DNA of 64,000 nucleotides from Halorutilales archaeon Cl-col2-1 (GTDB lineage: Archaea; Halobacteriota; Halobacteria; Halobacteriales; Afararchaeaceae): positions 1,408,001 to 1,472,000 of the forward strand of contig CP169074.1 in NCBI GenBank assembly GCA_041891055.1, read 5' to 3'. Made by a program: the position numbers and the translations under genes. Of the stretch, positions 29,469-39,130 are shown piece after piece (within the stretch, counting starts at the first letter, position 1; the number at the start of each line of letters is the position of its first letter). The notes beneath the pieces were generated by a model. It was not told the origin of the DNA and ran no database searches. It saw only the letters and a program-made list of their open reading frames with translations.

Positions 29469-30580
29469 GTGACGACCCCGAAGATACTGAAGCAGAGGAT
29501 GTCGAGGATGAGACACAGACAGAATCGGGGTCGGAGTCGGATCAGACCTCGATGCGCCAGAGTCAGGCTCCGATAGGAGTCAAGCTAGGGAGTACGCGTA
29601 CTATCATAACAGTCCCGGAGCCCGACGGGAGTCTTGAGATAATACGCGCTCTGACGTGTGTAGCGACCTACGAGGACGTCATAACAGGCGAAGAGAAACT
29701 CCTCTACGGCGAGGAGGCGGCGAACGAGTACCCCGACAGAGTCGAGTTCATGTTACGGTCGGGTCTCCCCGAGGACGACGAGAGCGCCGATCTCGCGAAG
29801 AGGTACCTCGATGAGCTAGTCGAGGAGAACGGCGTCCCCGATACCGACGTCGTCGTCTACGCAGTCCCTAACATAGACAACGAGGAGGGACTCGAAAGGC
29901 TCGAAGAGATAGTTGAAGGGAGTGAGATAGGCAGCGAGACGGTGAGAAGCTACCCCGAATCTTTCTGCGGCGCTATCCCGGCGTTCGGCGAGGGTCTCGA
30001 CGCAGTTGACAAGACATTCATCGCAGTCAACCTCGGCTCGACCAACTTAGAGGCGAACGCCTACAGGAGAGGCGAACAGATATCCCCCCTCTCGACGGGC
30101 GCTGTAACCGGAAACGAGGCGGACAGGCGTATCGCTAACCTCGTCGAGGAGGAGACACAAGGCAGGGTAAACATAGACCTCACGACTGCGCGCGAGTACA
30201 AGGAGGAACACGCCGACTTCGACGACTTCGAGCCGTTCACCGACGTCATACAGCAGCCCGGCGGCGGATCACACGAGTTCACTATAGAGAGGAGCGTGAT
30301 GGACGCCGTAAACGAGTACCTCGATGACGCAGTAGACGAGGTCGCCAACAACTTCCTCCCACAGCTAGCCAACGACCACATGAAGGTCTACCAGAACGCT
30401 CTCAACGAGGCGATAGTCCTCACGGGTGGAATGGCGTGTATACCCGGAATAGTCGACGAGTTCGAGGAACGTCTCAGCGACGAGATACAGAGGGACGTCG
30501 ACGTCATAGCCGCCGACAGACCCGACCTCTCGGCTGCACAGGGAGCCTACCGGATTGCCGAGAGACTGTCGGAAAGATGA
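29465..30580 (+). CDS. Actin-like ATPase (salactin/volactin-like)
   Basis: Phosphate-1 GVKLGSTRT, phosphate-2 VNLGSTN, adenosine IVLTGGMACIPG; ATGA-coupled to upstream gene. Confidence 0.72.
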   Translation: MSDDPEDTEAEDVEDETQTESGSESDQTSMRQSQAPIGVKLGSTRTIITVPEPDGSLEIIRALTCVATYEDVITGEEKLLYGEEAANEYPDRVEFMLRSGLPEDDESADLAKRYLDELVEENGVPDTDVVVYAVPNIDNEEGLERLEEIVEGSEIGSETVRSYPESFCGAIPAFGEGLDAVDKTFIAVNLGSTNLEANAYRRGEQISPLSTGAVTGNEADRRIANLVEEETQGRVNIDLTTAREYKEEHADFDDFEPFTDVIQQPGGGSHEFTIERSVMDAVNEYLDDAVDEVANNFLPQLANDHMKVYQNALNEAIVLTGGMACIPGIVDEFEERLSDEIQRDVDVIAADRPDLSAAQGAYRIAERLSER

Positions 30581-30581
30581 T

Positions 30582-31049
30582 TTAGCTCGGGTTCTTACGC
30601 GTCGTCTCGCTTCCACAGACGGGACACGGCTTCTTGTTGTCGTAGACCCTTCCGCATCCCTGGCACTGGAACTTCCAGTCTCTCTCCTCCTCGATTCCGT
30701 CCTCACGTATCACGTCGACGTCTACGCCTATCCTCTCGGCGACATTCTGCATCGCGTAGTCGTCGGTCACAAGAGTACCGTCGGTCTCTAGGGCGACGGC
30801 TAAGAGGCGGAGGTCGGTGACAGAAAGCTCGTCGAGGTCGCCCGTCTCGCGCGCCGCGCGTCTGACCCTCTCACGGCTAGTCTCCGAGGGAACCTCTATA
30901 CGCATTCCGCTTCCCTCCATCGCGTCGAACCTGAACCGCGACGAGTCCTCAAGCTCCTCTCTCACGCGCGGGACTGTCGCCGTGGGCTCGTGTTCGTGGT
31001 TTCCGGGCGAGTATCCGTCGATAAAGGCACACGAGTCGAGAACGTACAT
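30582..31049 (-). CDS. nob1: Nob1 rRNA-maturation endonuclease
   Basis: VLDSCAFI PIN, LSVTD, TDDYAMQN, C-terminal CQGC..CPVCG. Confidence 0.92.
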   Translation of the reverse strand: MYVLDSCAFIDGYSPGNHEHEPTATVPRVREELEDSSRFRFDAMEGSGMRIEVPSETSRERVRRAARETGDLDELSVTDLRLLAVALETDGTLVTDDYAMQNVAERIGVDVDVIREDGIEEERDWKFQCQGCGRVYDNKKPCPVCGSETTRKNPS

Positions 31050-31060
31050 ACAACCACCGA

Positions 31061-31300
31061 CTATCTGTTGACGACTATGACGTCCTTGACCGCGTTTATA
31101 CGCCGTGTGGGTATCTTGACCTCGCCGTTCTCTGAGCTTGAGCCATACATCTCTCGTCCCTTATCAGTGGGTTCAAGGACGAGGTCGCCGAGTCTTCCGG
31201 TACCGAGGTCACACGTGATGCCCGTGAGTCTTCCTAGCTCTGTTCCGTCGTCACCCATTACTTTCTTGTCGATTAGGTTCCTCGCGAGGACTTGTGTCAT
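31061..31300 (-). CDS. PRC-barrel protein (CdpB-like, nob1-linked)
   Basis: L.DKKVMGDDGTELG.L..I.CD..TG.L PRC pattern; ATG at 31300. Confidence 0.8.
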   Translation of the reverse strand: MTQVLARNLIDKKVMGDDGTELGRLTGITCDLGTGRLGDLVLEPTDKGREMYGSSSENGEVKIPTRRINAVKDVIVVNR

Positions 31301-31379
31301 TGATGGTAGTTGGACGTAGACAGTTTTTAATCTTTCTCTGATTCGGTTCAGTTCTGTTCCTCTGGCTGAAACGGCATAT

Positions 31380-32453
31380 TCAAACACCGCGTGACATCAT
31401 CTGACTTCTGAGGACGTCGGCGTACGCCCTCCCCGAGGCGGGAGTTATGACGACGACAGTGTCGTCCTCGTCGAAGTTCTCGGAGAGCCTGAGAGCACCC
31501 GCGACCGCGACGCCTCCCGACGGTGAAACTTCGGTTCCGTCTGTCGACGCGAGGTCAACAGCCGAGTCGAGTGCCTCCGAGTCGTCGACGGCTACGGCGT
31601 CTCCCCTGTCGAGTTGAGGGATTACATGTCCTGCAGGAGTGTCAGCAACTTCGAGGTCTCCTACGACAGTGTCAGGACTATCGCAGGGTTGGTACTCCGA
31701 GCTAAATGCATCGACTACGGGAGAACAGCCCGACGACTGTACGGCGTGTATGCGCGTGTCTTCGTCGAGCGACTTGTCCAAGCCCAAGAAGACCTCGCCG
31801 TTTCCGACGGGACAGACGACGTGGTCGATCTCGTCTAACTCCTCGCGTACCTCGTAGCCGAGAGTCTTGAGACCGTCGTGTCTGTACGGCGTCTCAAAGG
31901 GAGCTACGGATGCTGACACCGTGTCACCGCGTGCATCCTCGAAGCTCTCGCGCGCGTCTCCGAGACGTCCCCTGACGACATTCATATCGCCGCCGTGGAC
32001 ATTTATAAGAGACTTGGCGTCGTGTCTCGCGCGGCTTGGGAGATAAACCTCAGAGTCTATTCCCGCACGTGCGGCGTACGCAGCAGCCGAGACCCCTCCG
32101 TTTCCGGTGGAGAATAGAGAGACTCCCTCGGCTCCCTCAGAGGCGGCTACGGAGACTGCGACAGTCATACCCCTGTCCCTGACGCTCCCCGTCGGATTCC
32201 TTCCCTCATCCTTGACGTAAAACTCGGAGACACCACACTCATCGGCGAGCTTAGGGGAGGCGACTAAGGGCGTGTCGCCCTCGCCCATCGAGACGGGATC
32301 TACGGAGGGAAGGTCGGCGTACTCCCAGATCCCAGTGAGGTTGGCATCGGCGTCGGTTTCGTCACTCGGCTTCGGCTCTTTGTAGACGGGGTCGAGTATA
32401 CCGTGTTCACAGTCGCAGTCCTCGTCTCTGCACGTGTAACAGACGGTCCTCAT
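31380..32453 (-). CDS. Threonine-synthase-like fold-type II protein
   Basis: MGEGDTPL, NPTGSVRDRG, STGN, G.KT.GYE, PVGNG. Confidence 0.8.
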   Translation of the reverse strand: MRTVCYTCRDEDCDCEHGILDPVYKEPKPSDETDADANLTGIWEYADLPSVDPVSMGEGDTPLVASPKLADECGVSEFYVKDEGRNPTGSVRDRGMTVAVSVAASEGAEGVSLFSTGNGGVSAAAYAARAGIDSEVYLPSRARHDAKSLINVHGGDMNVVRGRLGDARESFEDARGDTVSASVAPFETPYRHDGLKTLGYEVREELDEIDHVVCPVGNGEVFLGLDKSLDEDTRIHAVQSSGCSPVVDAFSSEYQPCDSPDTVVGDLEVADTPAGHVIPQLDRGDAVAVDDSEALDSAVDLASTDGTEVSPSGGVAVAGALRLSENFDEDDTVVVITPASGRAYADVLRSQMMSRGV

Positions 32454-33067
32454 TCGAGACCCTCAACTATCTCCTCAACCTCAGTAACGTCGTCTATACG
32501 GTAGTCGGGCTCCTCAACGACCTCCTCGTACGAGTTCTGTATCCAGACCGTCGTCGCGCCGAAGTAGTCAGCCATCAAGAGGTCGTCGTTTAGCTCGTCA
32601 CTCACCATCACGGCATCGTCACGTCCGTCGATCGCTCTGACGTAGCCCTTCGGATGGGGCTTCTCCTTCGCTATCTCGCTCGACACTACGACGTCCTCGA
32701 AGAGATCCGATATACCGAAGCTGTCGAGGGCTTCATCTATCCAAGGCTTGACCTGGTCAGTGAAGAGGACGAGTTCGTGGTCGTCGGAGAGACGTTCGAG
32801 AGTCTGCCTTACCTCTGAGTCGAGCGTAGGCGCGGCGACCCTCTCGTCGAGGTACTCCCTACATCTCTCCTCCGGCACCCCCGTGAGACGTGAGAGGACG
32901 GTTATGTACTCGTCGACTGTGTCAAGGAGACCGAGCGAGAACGCCTTGTAGGCTATGTATCCCGGGTACGGCACCGGATGTCCCTCGCTGACGTCGAGCA
33001 TACGTGTGTACTCGGTCTCGTCGACCTCGTCGATTACTGTTCCCCCGTAGTCGAAGATTAGTCTCAT
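32450..33067 (-). CDS. HAD-family hydrolase
   Basis: IFDYGGTV, EKPHP, MVSD...DL. Confidence 0.8.
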   Translation of the reverse strand: MRLIFDYGGTVIDEVDETEYTRMLDVSEGHPVPYPGYIAYKAFSLGLLDTVDEYITVLSRLTGVPEERCREYLDERVAAPTLDSEVRQTLERLSDDHELVLFTDQVKPWIDEALDSFGISDLFEDVVVSSEIAKEKPHPKGYVRAIDGRDDAVMVSDELNDDLLMADYFGATTVWIQNSYEEVVEEPDYRIDDVTEVEEIVEGLE

Positions 33068-33148
33068 CTACCGTAGATAGACGTGTGGCTTGTTTGTGTC
33101 TTTCTCTTGATCCGTAGACGTTATTCGTCGGGGAATCGAACTCCGTCC

Positions 33149-33691
33149 ATGAAGATACGGCGCGCTGTCTCCGACTGGTACGCCGTCGTGACTCAGCCTC
33201 GTGAGTTCTTCTCGCGTGTCAACCACGAGAGAGCGGGACAGAGAGACGCCCTCGTCTTCGTCGTACTCGTGGCTCTCGTCTCGGAGGTTCCGACGGCAGT
33301 CCCCGAGGGAGTCGTCGACGCCGCGGGGGTCTCTGTGGCTGTGCTCCTACTGTCTCCCGCAGTTCTACACATAGCGAGCGGCGTCGTATACGGTCTCGTA
33401 TGGCTAGCGACCGAGAGGGACGAAGGTGTAGACACGACCGTGAGGGCGGTGGCGTACAGCACAGCGCCCGCGGTCGTAAGCTGGCTCCCATATGTGAGGC
33501 TACCCGCGGCGGTCTACGGATTCTATCTTCTGTACACGGGTATAAGAGAGGGACACGGAGTAGGACGGGCGAGAGCCCTCGGAGTCGCGTCGGTTCCGGG
33601 ACTCCTCGTATTCGGGGTAGTCTTCTCGGGATTCGAGGGGGCTCGGGAGGTATTTGGGGCTCTACTCGGGGTCGGTGTTGGAGCGGCGTAA
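33149..33691 (+). CDS. Yip1-family membrane protein
   Basis: W..V.T.PREFF, TVRAVAYSTAP, GIREGHG. Confidence 0.7.
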   Translation: MKIRRAVSDWYAVVTQPREFFSRVNHERAGQRDALVFVVLVALVSEVPTAVPEGVVDAAGVSVAVLLLSPAVLHIASGVVYGLVWLATERDEGVDTTVRAVAYSTAPAVVSWLPYVRLPAAVYGFYLLYTGIREGHGVGRARALGVASVPGLLVFGVVFSGFEGAREVFGALLGVGVGAA

Positions 33692-33781
33692 GCTTGATAA
33701 CTCCTAACACATTAGTTTCTGATATCAGTGTGTCCGAGAGTCGAGGAGATACAGACCACACCCAGCGTTCTGTCAGGCGAG

Positions 33782-34057
33782 ATGGGTCTCGGTGAAGTCG
33801 TATACAGTGTCGAGAGGCTCGACGGCGTCCTATACAGAAGAGAGGGATCCTCTGAGTACCATCTCGTGGTCAACGAGAACACCGTGATAGTCTGGAAGGC
33901 TACGGTCGACGACGGATCTGTCAAGGCGGTTCTACTCTCACAGAAGGACATCTCGTCCGAGAGATACTCGAAGAAGGTGGAGGAAGGCTTCAAGAAGGTC
34001 GAAGTCGACGGCGGTATAGGCTCGGTGAAGGTCGATGTCGGCGGTATAAAAGAATGA
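33782..34057 (+). CDS. Hypothetical protein
   Basis: Acidic ORF, ATGA overlap with J-domain gene; start uncertain. Confidence 0.45.
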   Translation: MGLGEVVYSVERLDGVLYRREGSSEYHLVVNENTVIVWKATVDDGSVKAVLLSQKDISSERYSKKVEEGFKKVEVDGGIGSVKVDVGGIKE

Positions 34058-34461
34058 GAAGACGTCTCTTCAAGATACAGGGGATACTGTTCACTGCTTT
34101 CGGAGTCACACTTGTTGTTCTCGGGGTTCTACACAACCCGGTTCTTGTCTTTCTCTCGTTTATATTCTTTCTCGCGGGGATCGTCTTTGTCTCTGTGGGT
34201 ATCAAGACTGAGACGAAGACGAGAAGACGCCGGGTAGGCGGAAGGGGATCGGGAGGATTCTCCGCGGCGGAAGGAAGAGAAAGAAGGAGTCAGCCCCACG
34301 AGATTCTAGGGGTCGAAAGAGGCGCTTCTGAAGACGAGATAGAGTCGGCGTACAGGGATCTCGTCAAGGAAGTCCATCCCGATCTCAACGACTCCGAGGA
34401 CGCAGATGAGGAGTTCAGGCGCGTCCAGGAAGCCTACGAGACCCTCAAGAACCGGGGCTAG
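34054..34461 (+). CDS. Membrane-anchored J-domain protein
   Basis: Two TM helices then J-domain with HPD motif. Confidence 0.85.
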   Translation: MRRRLFKIQGILFTAFGVTLVVLGVLHNPVLVFLSFIFFLAGIVFVSVGIKTETKTRRRRVGGRGSGGFSAAEGRERRSQPHEILGVERGASEDEIESAYRDLVKEVHPDLNDSEDADEEFRRVQEAYETLKNRG

Positions 34462-35462
34462 GGCTTCGGAGCCGCGGATTCGAGGGCGGTCTCGGCTATG
34501 TTAGCGCCGTAGTCGGCGGCTCTGTTTATGCTGTCTATCACGAGCCCGAGAGCCTGCGCGGTCTGGGGGTCGAGATCACGTATCTTCTTGTCTATCTCGC
34601 GTGTGTGTTCCTCCTCTATCTCGGAGACGGAGTCGAGTACCTCGTTCGCCCTCTCAGTCGCGGCGTCGTCGTCGAGATCCATGAGTGCGCTCACGGCGTC
34701 GTCGACTATCTCGACTGAGTCCTGACTCGCCTCGTATAGTGCCTCGCCTATCTCGTCGTCAATCTCGTCGTCGATCTCCCTCGATATCTCGGCGATCTTC
34801 GCGGCGTGGTCGGCTACCCTCTCAAGCTGTCTCGCCGTCGTGTAGTAGTCGAAACACGTGTCACGTGTCACCCCCATCTCCTCCTCCGACCTCGCGTCGT
34901 GTAGCGACGACCTGAAGGTGCGTGAGACCATCGCGAACATCCTGTCGACATCCTCGTCTCTCTCTACGACGTCGTCGGAGATTGCGTCGTCGTTCTCGAC
35001 GACTGCCTTGACCGAGTCCTCGAACATGCTCTCGGCTATGAGACGCATACGCGATACACTCCTGTGAATACTGAGCTGTGACGAGTCGAGTAGGTCCTGA
35101 AAGACGACGACATCCCCGGTCTCCTCTATGACTTCGAGCCCCGCTAATCTCTGACTCGCCTTTCTGAGGGTTCTTCTCTGGCTACTCGTGATCCTGTCGG
35201 ACTCAAACTTCATGACGTCGAATCCCGAGACGTACATCGTGATCACAGCACGGAGGAGATGATCTCCCTCTAAGCCTGTTATGTCCATCACACCCTCTCT
35301 GTCTTCGTCGGCGGGGTCGAGTGTCTCTATCACGAGAGACGAGTCGCTCGGGAACATCCCGACCTCGCTCCCACCCTCGACGTCATTCTCGCGCGCCCAG
35401 TCCTTGGGTATAGAAACCGTGTAGGTCGATCCACCCGTGACCTGTACCTTACGTGTCTCCAT
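34458..35462 (-). CDS. phoU: AbrB-PhoU phosphate uptake regulator
   Basis: METRKVQVTGGSTYTVSIPK, LERVADHA, ADYGANIAE. Confidence 0.92.
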   Translation of the reverse strand: METRKVQVTGGSTYTVSIPKDWARENDVEGGSEVGMFPSDSSLVIETLDPADEDREGVMDITGLEGDHLLRAVITMYVSGFDVMKFESDRITSSQRRTLRKASQRLAGLEVIEETGDVVVFQDLLDSSQLSIHRSVSRMRLIAESMFEDSVKAVVENDDAISDDVVERDEDVDRMFAMVSRTFRSSLHDARSEEEMGVTRDTCFDYYTTARQLERVADHAAKIAEISREIDDEIDDEIGEALYEASQDSVEIVDDAVSALMDLDDDAATERANEVLDSVSEIEEEHTREIDKKIRDLDPQTAQALGLVIDSINRAADYGANIAETALESAAPKP

Positions 35463-35511
35463 ATACCTACTTGGGCAAAAGAATAAATAAACCTGCTGTC
35501 TCTAAGTTGTA

Positions 35512-35736
35512 TTAGTCACGTATATATAGCTTTGACCCAGGCTCGATACGTCTTCGTGAGTCTACGACGACTGAGACATACGGCTTCTCGACGGGCCCGA
35601 AGACATCGACCGTCCTCCCGACGCGGTCGAGCGACGAGTCGACGACGTCGACGTCGAGTGGAGGACGCGAGTCGAGTTCGGAACGGACGACCGTGACCGC
35701 GCCTACGGTGTGGAGACTCTTACCCAGACGTCTCAT
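35512..35736 (-). CDS. gar1: H/ACA RNP subunit Gar1
   Basis: VGR.VDVFGPVEKPY. Confidence 0.85.
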   Translation of the reverse strand: MRRLGKSLHTVGAVTVVRSELDSRPPLDVDVVDSSLDRVGRTVDVFGPVEKPYVSVVVDSRRRIEPGSKLYIRD

Positions 35737-36377
35737 CTAGAATCGATCCTGTCGAGAAGCTCCTCCGAGTTACCGTCGACTACCTCTATAGCCCTCTCAC
35801 GGCTCAGACCCGCCGACTGCGCGACCTCTATAGCCTTCTCTCGCGTGATGAAGTCTGAGGGTGCGTGCGAGTCGGTGTTGACTATCAGGCTCGCGCCCTC
35901 CTCCTCAGCGAGTCTCGCGACGTGTCCGTTTGCGAGAGAGTGTCCGCGCCTCGACGAGAGTTCGAGGTAGACGTCTTTGTCGGCGGCGAGTCTGACGTCC
36001 TCACGGTCTATGAGTCCGGGATGTCCGAGTATGTCGACTCCCGCCTCTATCGCCGCACGGTTCGTGCCCTGAGTGACCGGCTCGGCGGTCGTCTCTCCGT
36101 GGGCTATCACGACGTCGGCGCCGGCATCCCTCGCCCTCTCGACGACTGAGGCGAAGTTCTCGGGAGGGACGTGTGTGACCTCGACCCCCGCGAGGAGACG
36201 TATCGAGGCGGTTTCCTTGGCGTCTAAGACACGTTCGACGGCGTCCTCGACGTTGCTACCGTCGGCGTGATCAGTAATTCCGACTACGTCGACGCCCTGT
36301 ACCTCGGCGCGTCTCGCCTGTTCGGCTGGGACTAGCTCTCCGTCGCTGTAGAAGGTGTGTGAGTGGAAGTCGATCAT
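35733..36377 (-). CDS. PHP-domain phosphoesterase
   Basis: DFHSHT..SDG, ITDH, HGET, ILGHPG, TDSH. Confidence 0.85.
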   Translation of the reverse strand: MIDFHSHTFYSDGELVPAEQARRAEVQGVDVVGITDHADGSNVEDAVERVLDAKETASIRLLAGVEVTHVPPENFASVVERARDAGADVVIAHGETTAEPVTQGTNRAAIEAGVDILGHPGLIDREDVRLAADKDVYLELSSRRGHSLANGHVARLAEEEGASLIVNTDSHAPSDFITREKAIEVAQSAGLSRERAIEVVDGNSEELLDRIDSR

Positions 36378-36655
36378 GTCTCTTGCCTCATAGCGTCTAT
36401 GTATGCGGCTACGGCTCTGAGTACGTCACGTTTCGAGTCGTCGGCGTCGAGACGGACACGTCCCTTTGCCTCCCACCACGACCTCGGGTACTTCTTGTCG
36501 GTCTCGACTACGGGGTCATAGCCTATCTGCCTCACGGCGTTAGCTACCTCCTGTAGAGTCGGAGAAGAGACCGCGGTGTCTTCGGGAATACGTCTGCCCT
36601 CCGACCTCGACTTGTCGGCGTCGAGATAAGCAGGCCAGATAATGGTCTCGGTCAT
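36374..36655 (-). CDS. srp19: Signal recognition particle protein SRP19
   Basis: IWPAYLD..KSRSEGRR, YPR.WWE..GRV. Confidence 0.93.
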   Translation of the reverse strand: MTETIIWPAYLDADKSRSEGRRIPEDTAVSSPTLQEVANAVRQIGYDPVVETDKKYPRSWWEAKGRVRLDADDSKRDVLRAVAAYIDAMRQET

Positions 36656-36697
36656 ACTCTATATAGACGCTCGTAAATCATTTAGCTTACCATTCGC

Positions 36698-37201
36698 TCA
36701 CCGGAGATCGACCTTCTCGACGAAGTCGAGCGACGTGAGCTGGTTGACGAGCTCCCCCGGAACCTCGCCGTTAGTGATGACTGTGAACTTGGGCTCGTCG
36801 GTGAAGTAGGGGTCATCGCTGACAGCCTGACGTATAGAGACGTCGTGTTCGGAGATCACCGAAGCCATCTCGGCGAGTAGACCCGTCGACGACGCGTCTT
36901 TGACCTTTATCGTGAGAACCGAGAGACCGAGCACGGGAGCGACGTCCTTGAGCGACGGTATCGACGAGATGTTCTGGAAGATATCTCTGAGCTCTTCGTC
37001 TTCGAGTATAGTCGAGGTCGTCGAGTCGACTACACGTCTGTCTACGTCGATCTCGCGGGCTATCTGTGTGTTGGGTATCTCTATGCCTCCCGAGACGACA
37101 CGTCCCTCGTCGTTGACCGAGAATCCTCTTTCGAGAAGGAGTTTTATGACCTTCTTCTGGCTCGGCGATCCCTCGAACCTCTCGATTATGCTCTCCCACA
37201 T
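36698..37201 (-). CDS. HTH + ACT-domain regulator
   Basis: IEIPNTQIAREIDVDRRVV; C-terminal ACT fold. Confidence 0.8.
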   Translation of the reverse strand: MWESIIERFEGSPSQKKVIKLLLERGFSVNDEGRVVSGGIEIPNTQIAREIDVDRRVVDSTTSTILEDEELRDIFQNISSIPSLKDVAPVLGLSVLTIKVKDASSTGLLAEMASVISEHDVSIRQAVSDDPYFTDEPKFTVITNGEVPGELVNQLTSLDFVEKVDLR

Positions 37202-37202
37202 G

Positions 37203-37946
37203 TTACTTTGTTTCGAGTAGGGCTCGTCTGACTAAGTCGTTCTCCTTGGGACGGAAGAGGTTCGATCCTTTATCCGCGTCGAGGTCGAGTCCCGAGAGGG
37301 CGACTGCAGGGACACCGTCTCCGCCTTCCCCCATCAGAAGGTTGGCGAAGCCGGCTATCTCGTCGGCGGCCGCCTCGCGCGTGACCTCAAGCTCTCTTCC
37401 GTTTAGGTCAGTCTCGCCGCGCCATTCCCTCATGGGATCGAGACCGTGCCATCCGACTGCGACGCCTGTCTGCCCCTCACGGAATGGACGTCCGCACGTG
37501 TCTGTGATTACGACCGGAAGATCCACTTCGTCGGAGATACGCCGCGCGCTCTCGCTGGGGTCTTCGGGAAGAAGGAGGACTGTGTCGTCACCCTCAACGT
37601 TTGACCTGTCTATTCCGGCGTTGGGAGCGACGTGTCCGAAACTCGTGACAGCGAGCATGAAAGGGTCTTCTATCAGAAGCTCCACTGACTCGTCGAGGAC
37701 AGCCTCTACGAAACGCGGGTCGGCGTCTTCAAGGCTCTCGGATACCGAACGCGCGCGGTCGGATACGTCGTAGCTTTCGAGACTTCTTCTGCGTCCCTCG
37801 GACTTAGAGATGACTGTACTCGCCACACACAGAAGGTCGAAGTCGTCTCGGCAGCCGCGTAGACTGTCGTCGATCAGACTCCCGAGGTCGTGGCTCTCGT
37901 CTACGAGAGGGAGACCGTCGATACGTCTGGCTGTGACCGTGTCCAT
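37203..37946 (-). CDS. cofE: Coenzyme F420-0:gamma-glutamyl ligase
   Basis: ISKSEGR, NAGIDRSN, DTCGRPFR.GQ, ADEIA..ANLLMGE. Confidence 0.92.
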   Translation of the reverse strand: MDTVTARRIDGLPLVDESHDLGSLIDDSLRGCRDDFDLLCVASTVISKSEGRRRSLESYDVSDRARSVSESLEDADPRFVEAVLDESVELLIEDPFMLAVTSFGHVAPNAGIDRSNVEGDDTVLLLPEDPSESARRISDEVDLPVVITDTCGRPFREGQTGVAVGWHGLDPMREWRGETDLNGRELEVTREAAADEIAGFANLLMGEGGDGVPAVALSGLDLDADKGSNLFRPKENDLVRRALLETK

Positions 37947-38003
37947 GTAAGGGATACGACCCGAGCCTCAATAATACTGGAGAAAGAAGATGAGTACGAA
38001 TTC

Positions 38004-38134
38004 ATACTGGAGGACAGAAATAATTAGAGACTGAATACAGACCTGTCTGAGAAAATCGGATACTGTATCCGAATTAGCATCGGTATCTCTCTTTCAGACC
38101 GATTCCGTATTCAGGTTCTTCTGTCCTTGAGTAT
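38004..38134. repeat. Nested inverted-repeat (fold-back) element in intergenic DNA
   Basis: AGGACAGAA/TTCTGTCCT, CTGAATAC/GTATTCAG, GTCTGA/TCAGAC nested around palindrome TCGGATAC-T-GTATCCGA. Confidence 0.7.
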
Positions 38135-38185
38135 CAGTTAAGACGGGGGATAAGCTTTTAGACTAGCACGGAAAACTCTCAGAGT

Positions 38186-38881
38186 ATGTCTGACAGTCAG
38201 AGTGACGACGAAGAGGGTAATGCGACGACAGAGGCGGAGGAGGACGTCTTCGGCTACTCGAAGAAGGGAAGCTGGGACGATGTCGTCGAGTTCGCGAAGG
38301 AGATCACACGGTCTTTCAAGGACGCCGGCATCGACCCCGATGTCGTCGACGAGTGGGAAGGATGGCGTCCGAGATCGAAGGAAGAGGAAGGCAAGATGAG
38401 GGAAAAGACCGCCGAGAAGGCGAAGACAGAGAAAGGCAAGAAGCCCTCTGAGAAGGCGGGAGAGGCGGCTGAGCATCTCTCCGACACGAGCAGACACACC
38501 GCAGAGGGTGACGTGAGTAAGGCGGCTGAGAAGGCTACGAAGTCGGCAAAGTCGGCGGGTGAGGCGGCAGGAGGCGCGGGTAGGAGTGTTCTGCGTACCG
38601 TCGAGGACTGGGTTTACAAGAACATCACGACACAGACAAGCCCGCTCTACATCGACACTGAGAGTTTCAACGCGTCTCTGACCGTCCCCACCCCGATAGC
38701 TAAACGCATAAAGGGAATAGTGGGAAGTGGGAGCGAGGAGGAGTACACACTCTCGATCAACCCAGAGTCCGAGGATGTCGAGGACGCACTCGATGAGACC
38801 TTCGGCTCGGAAGCGGAGTCAGAGATATCGGAGGAGATGGCGAAGGACGACGATACCGAAACGGGTTCGGGGAACGAGTAG
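38186..38881 (+). CDS. DUF5828-like haloarchaeal protein
   Basis: G.W.DVVE....IT......G.......W..WRP, REKTAE pattern. Confidence 0.6.
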   Translation: MSDSQSDDEEGNATTEAEEDVFGYSKKGSWDDVVEFAKEITRSFKDAGIDPDVVDEWEGWRPRSKEEEGKMREKTAEKAKTEKGKKPSEKAGEAAEHLSDTSRHTAEGDVSKAAEKATKSAKSAGEAAGGAGRSVLRTVEDWVYKNITTQTSPLYIDTESFNASLTVPTPIAKRIKGIVGSGSEEEYTLSINPESEDVEDALDETFGSEAESEISEEMAKDDDTETGSGNE

Positions 38882-38887
38882 ATCTGA

Positions 38888-39037
38888 CTACTCCTCGTAG
38901 CCCTCGTAGAACCCGCTTCCCTGTGACTCGTATATGTTGAGAAGCTCCTCTATGAACTCCTCGTAAGTCTCACCGTCTTCCTTGTGAATCTCCATCCTTT
39001 CCTTGAGTTCGTCACTGATCTCTATCTTAAAAGACAT
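38888..39037 (-). CDS. Small RHH-like acidic protein (49 aa, absent from ORF track)
   Basis: Manual translation MSFKIEISDELKERMEIHKEDGETYEEFIEELLNIYESQGSGFYEGYEE. Confidence 0.7.
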   Translation of the reverse strand: MSFKIEISDELKERMEIHKEDGETYEEFIEELLNIYESQGSGFYEGYEE

Positions 39038-39130
39038 ACACGAACAAAGTCCTTCGAGTCGCATATAACTTGCGCCAGTCTTCTCGTGAACAGTAACTCT
39101 TTTCGAGGTTGACAGATACTCTCATCTAAG

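Noticed and set aside
38004-38134. Calling the fold-back an H/ACA guide because gar1 is nearby
   Set aside because: No ACA box after the stem on either strand and no recognisable K-turn
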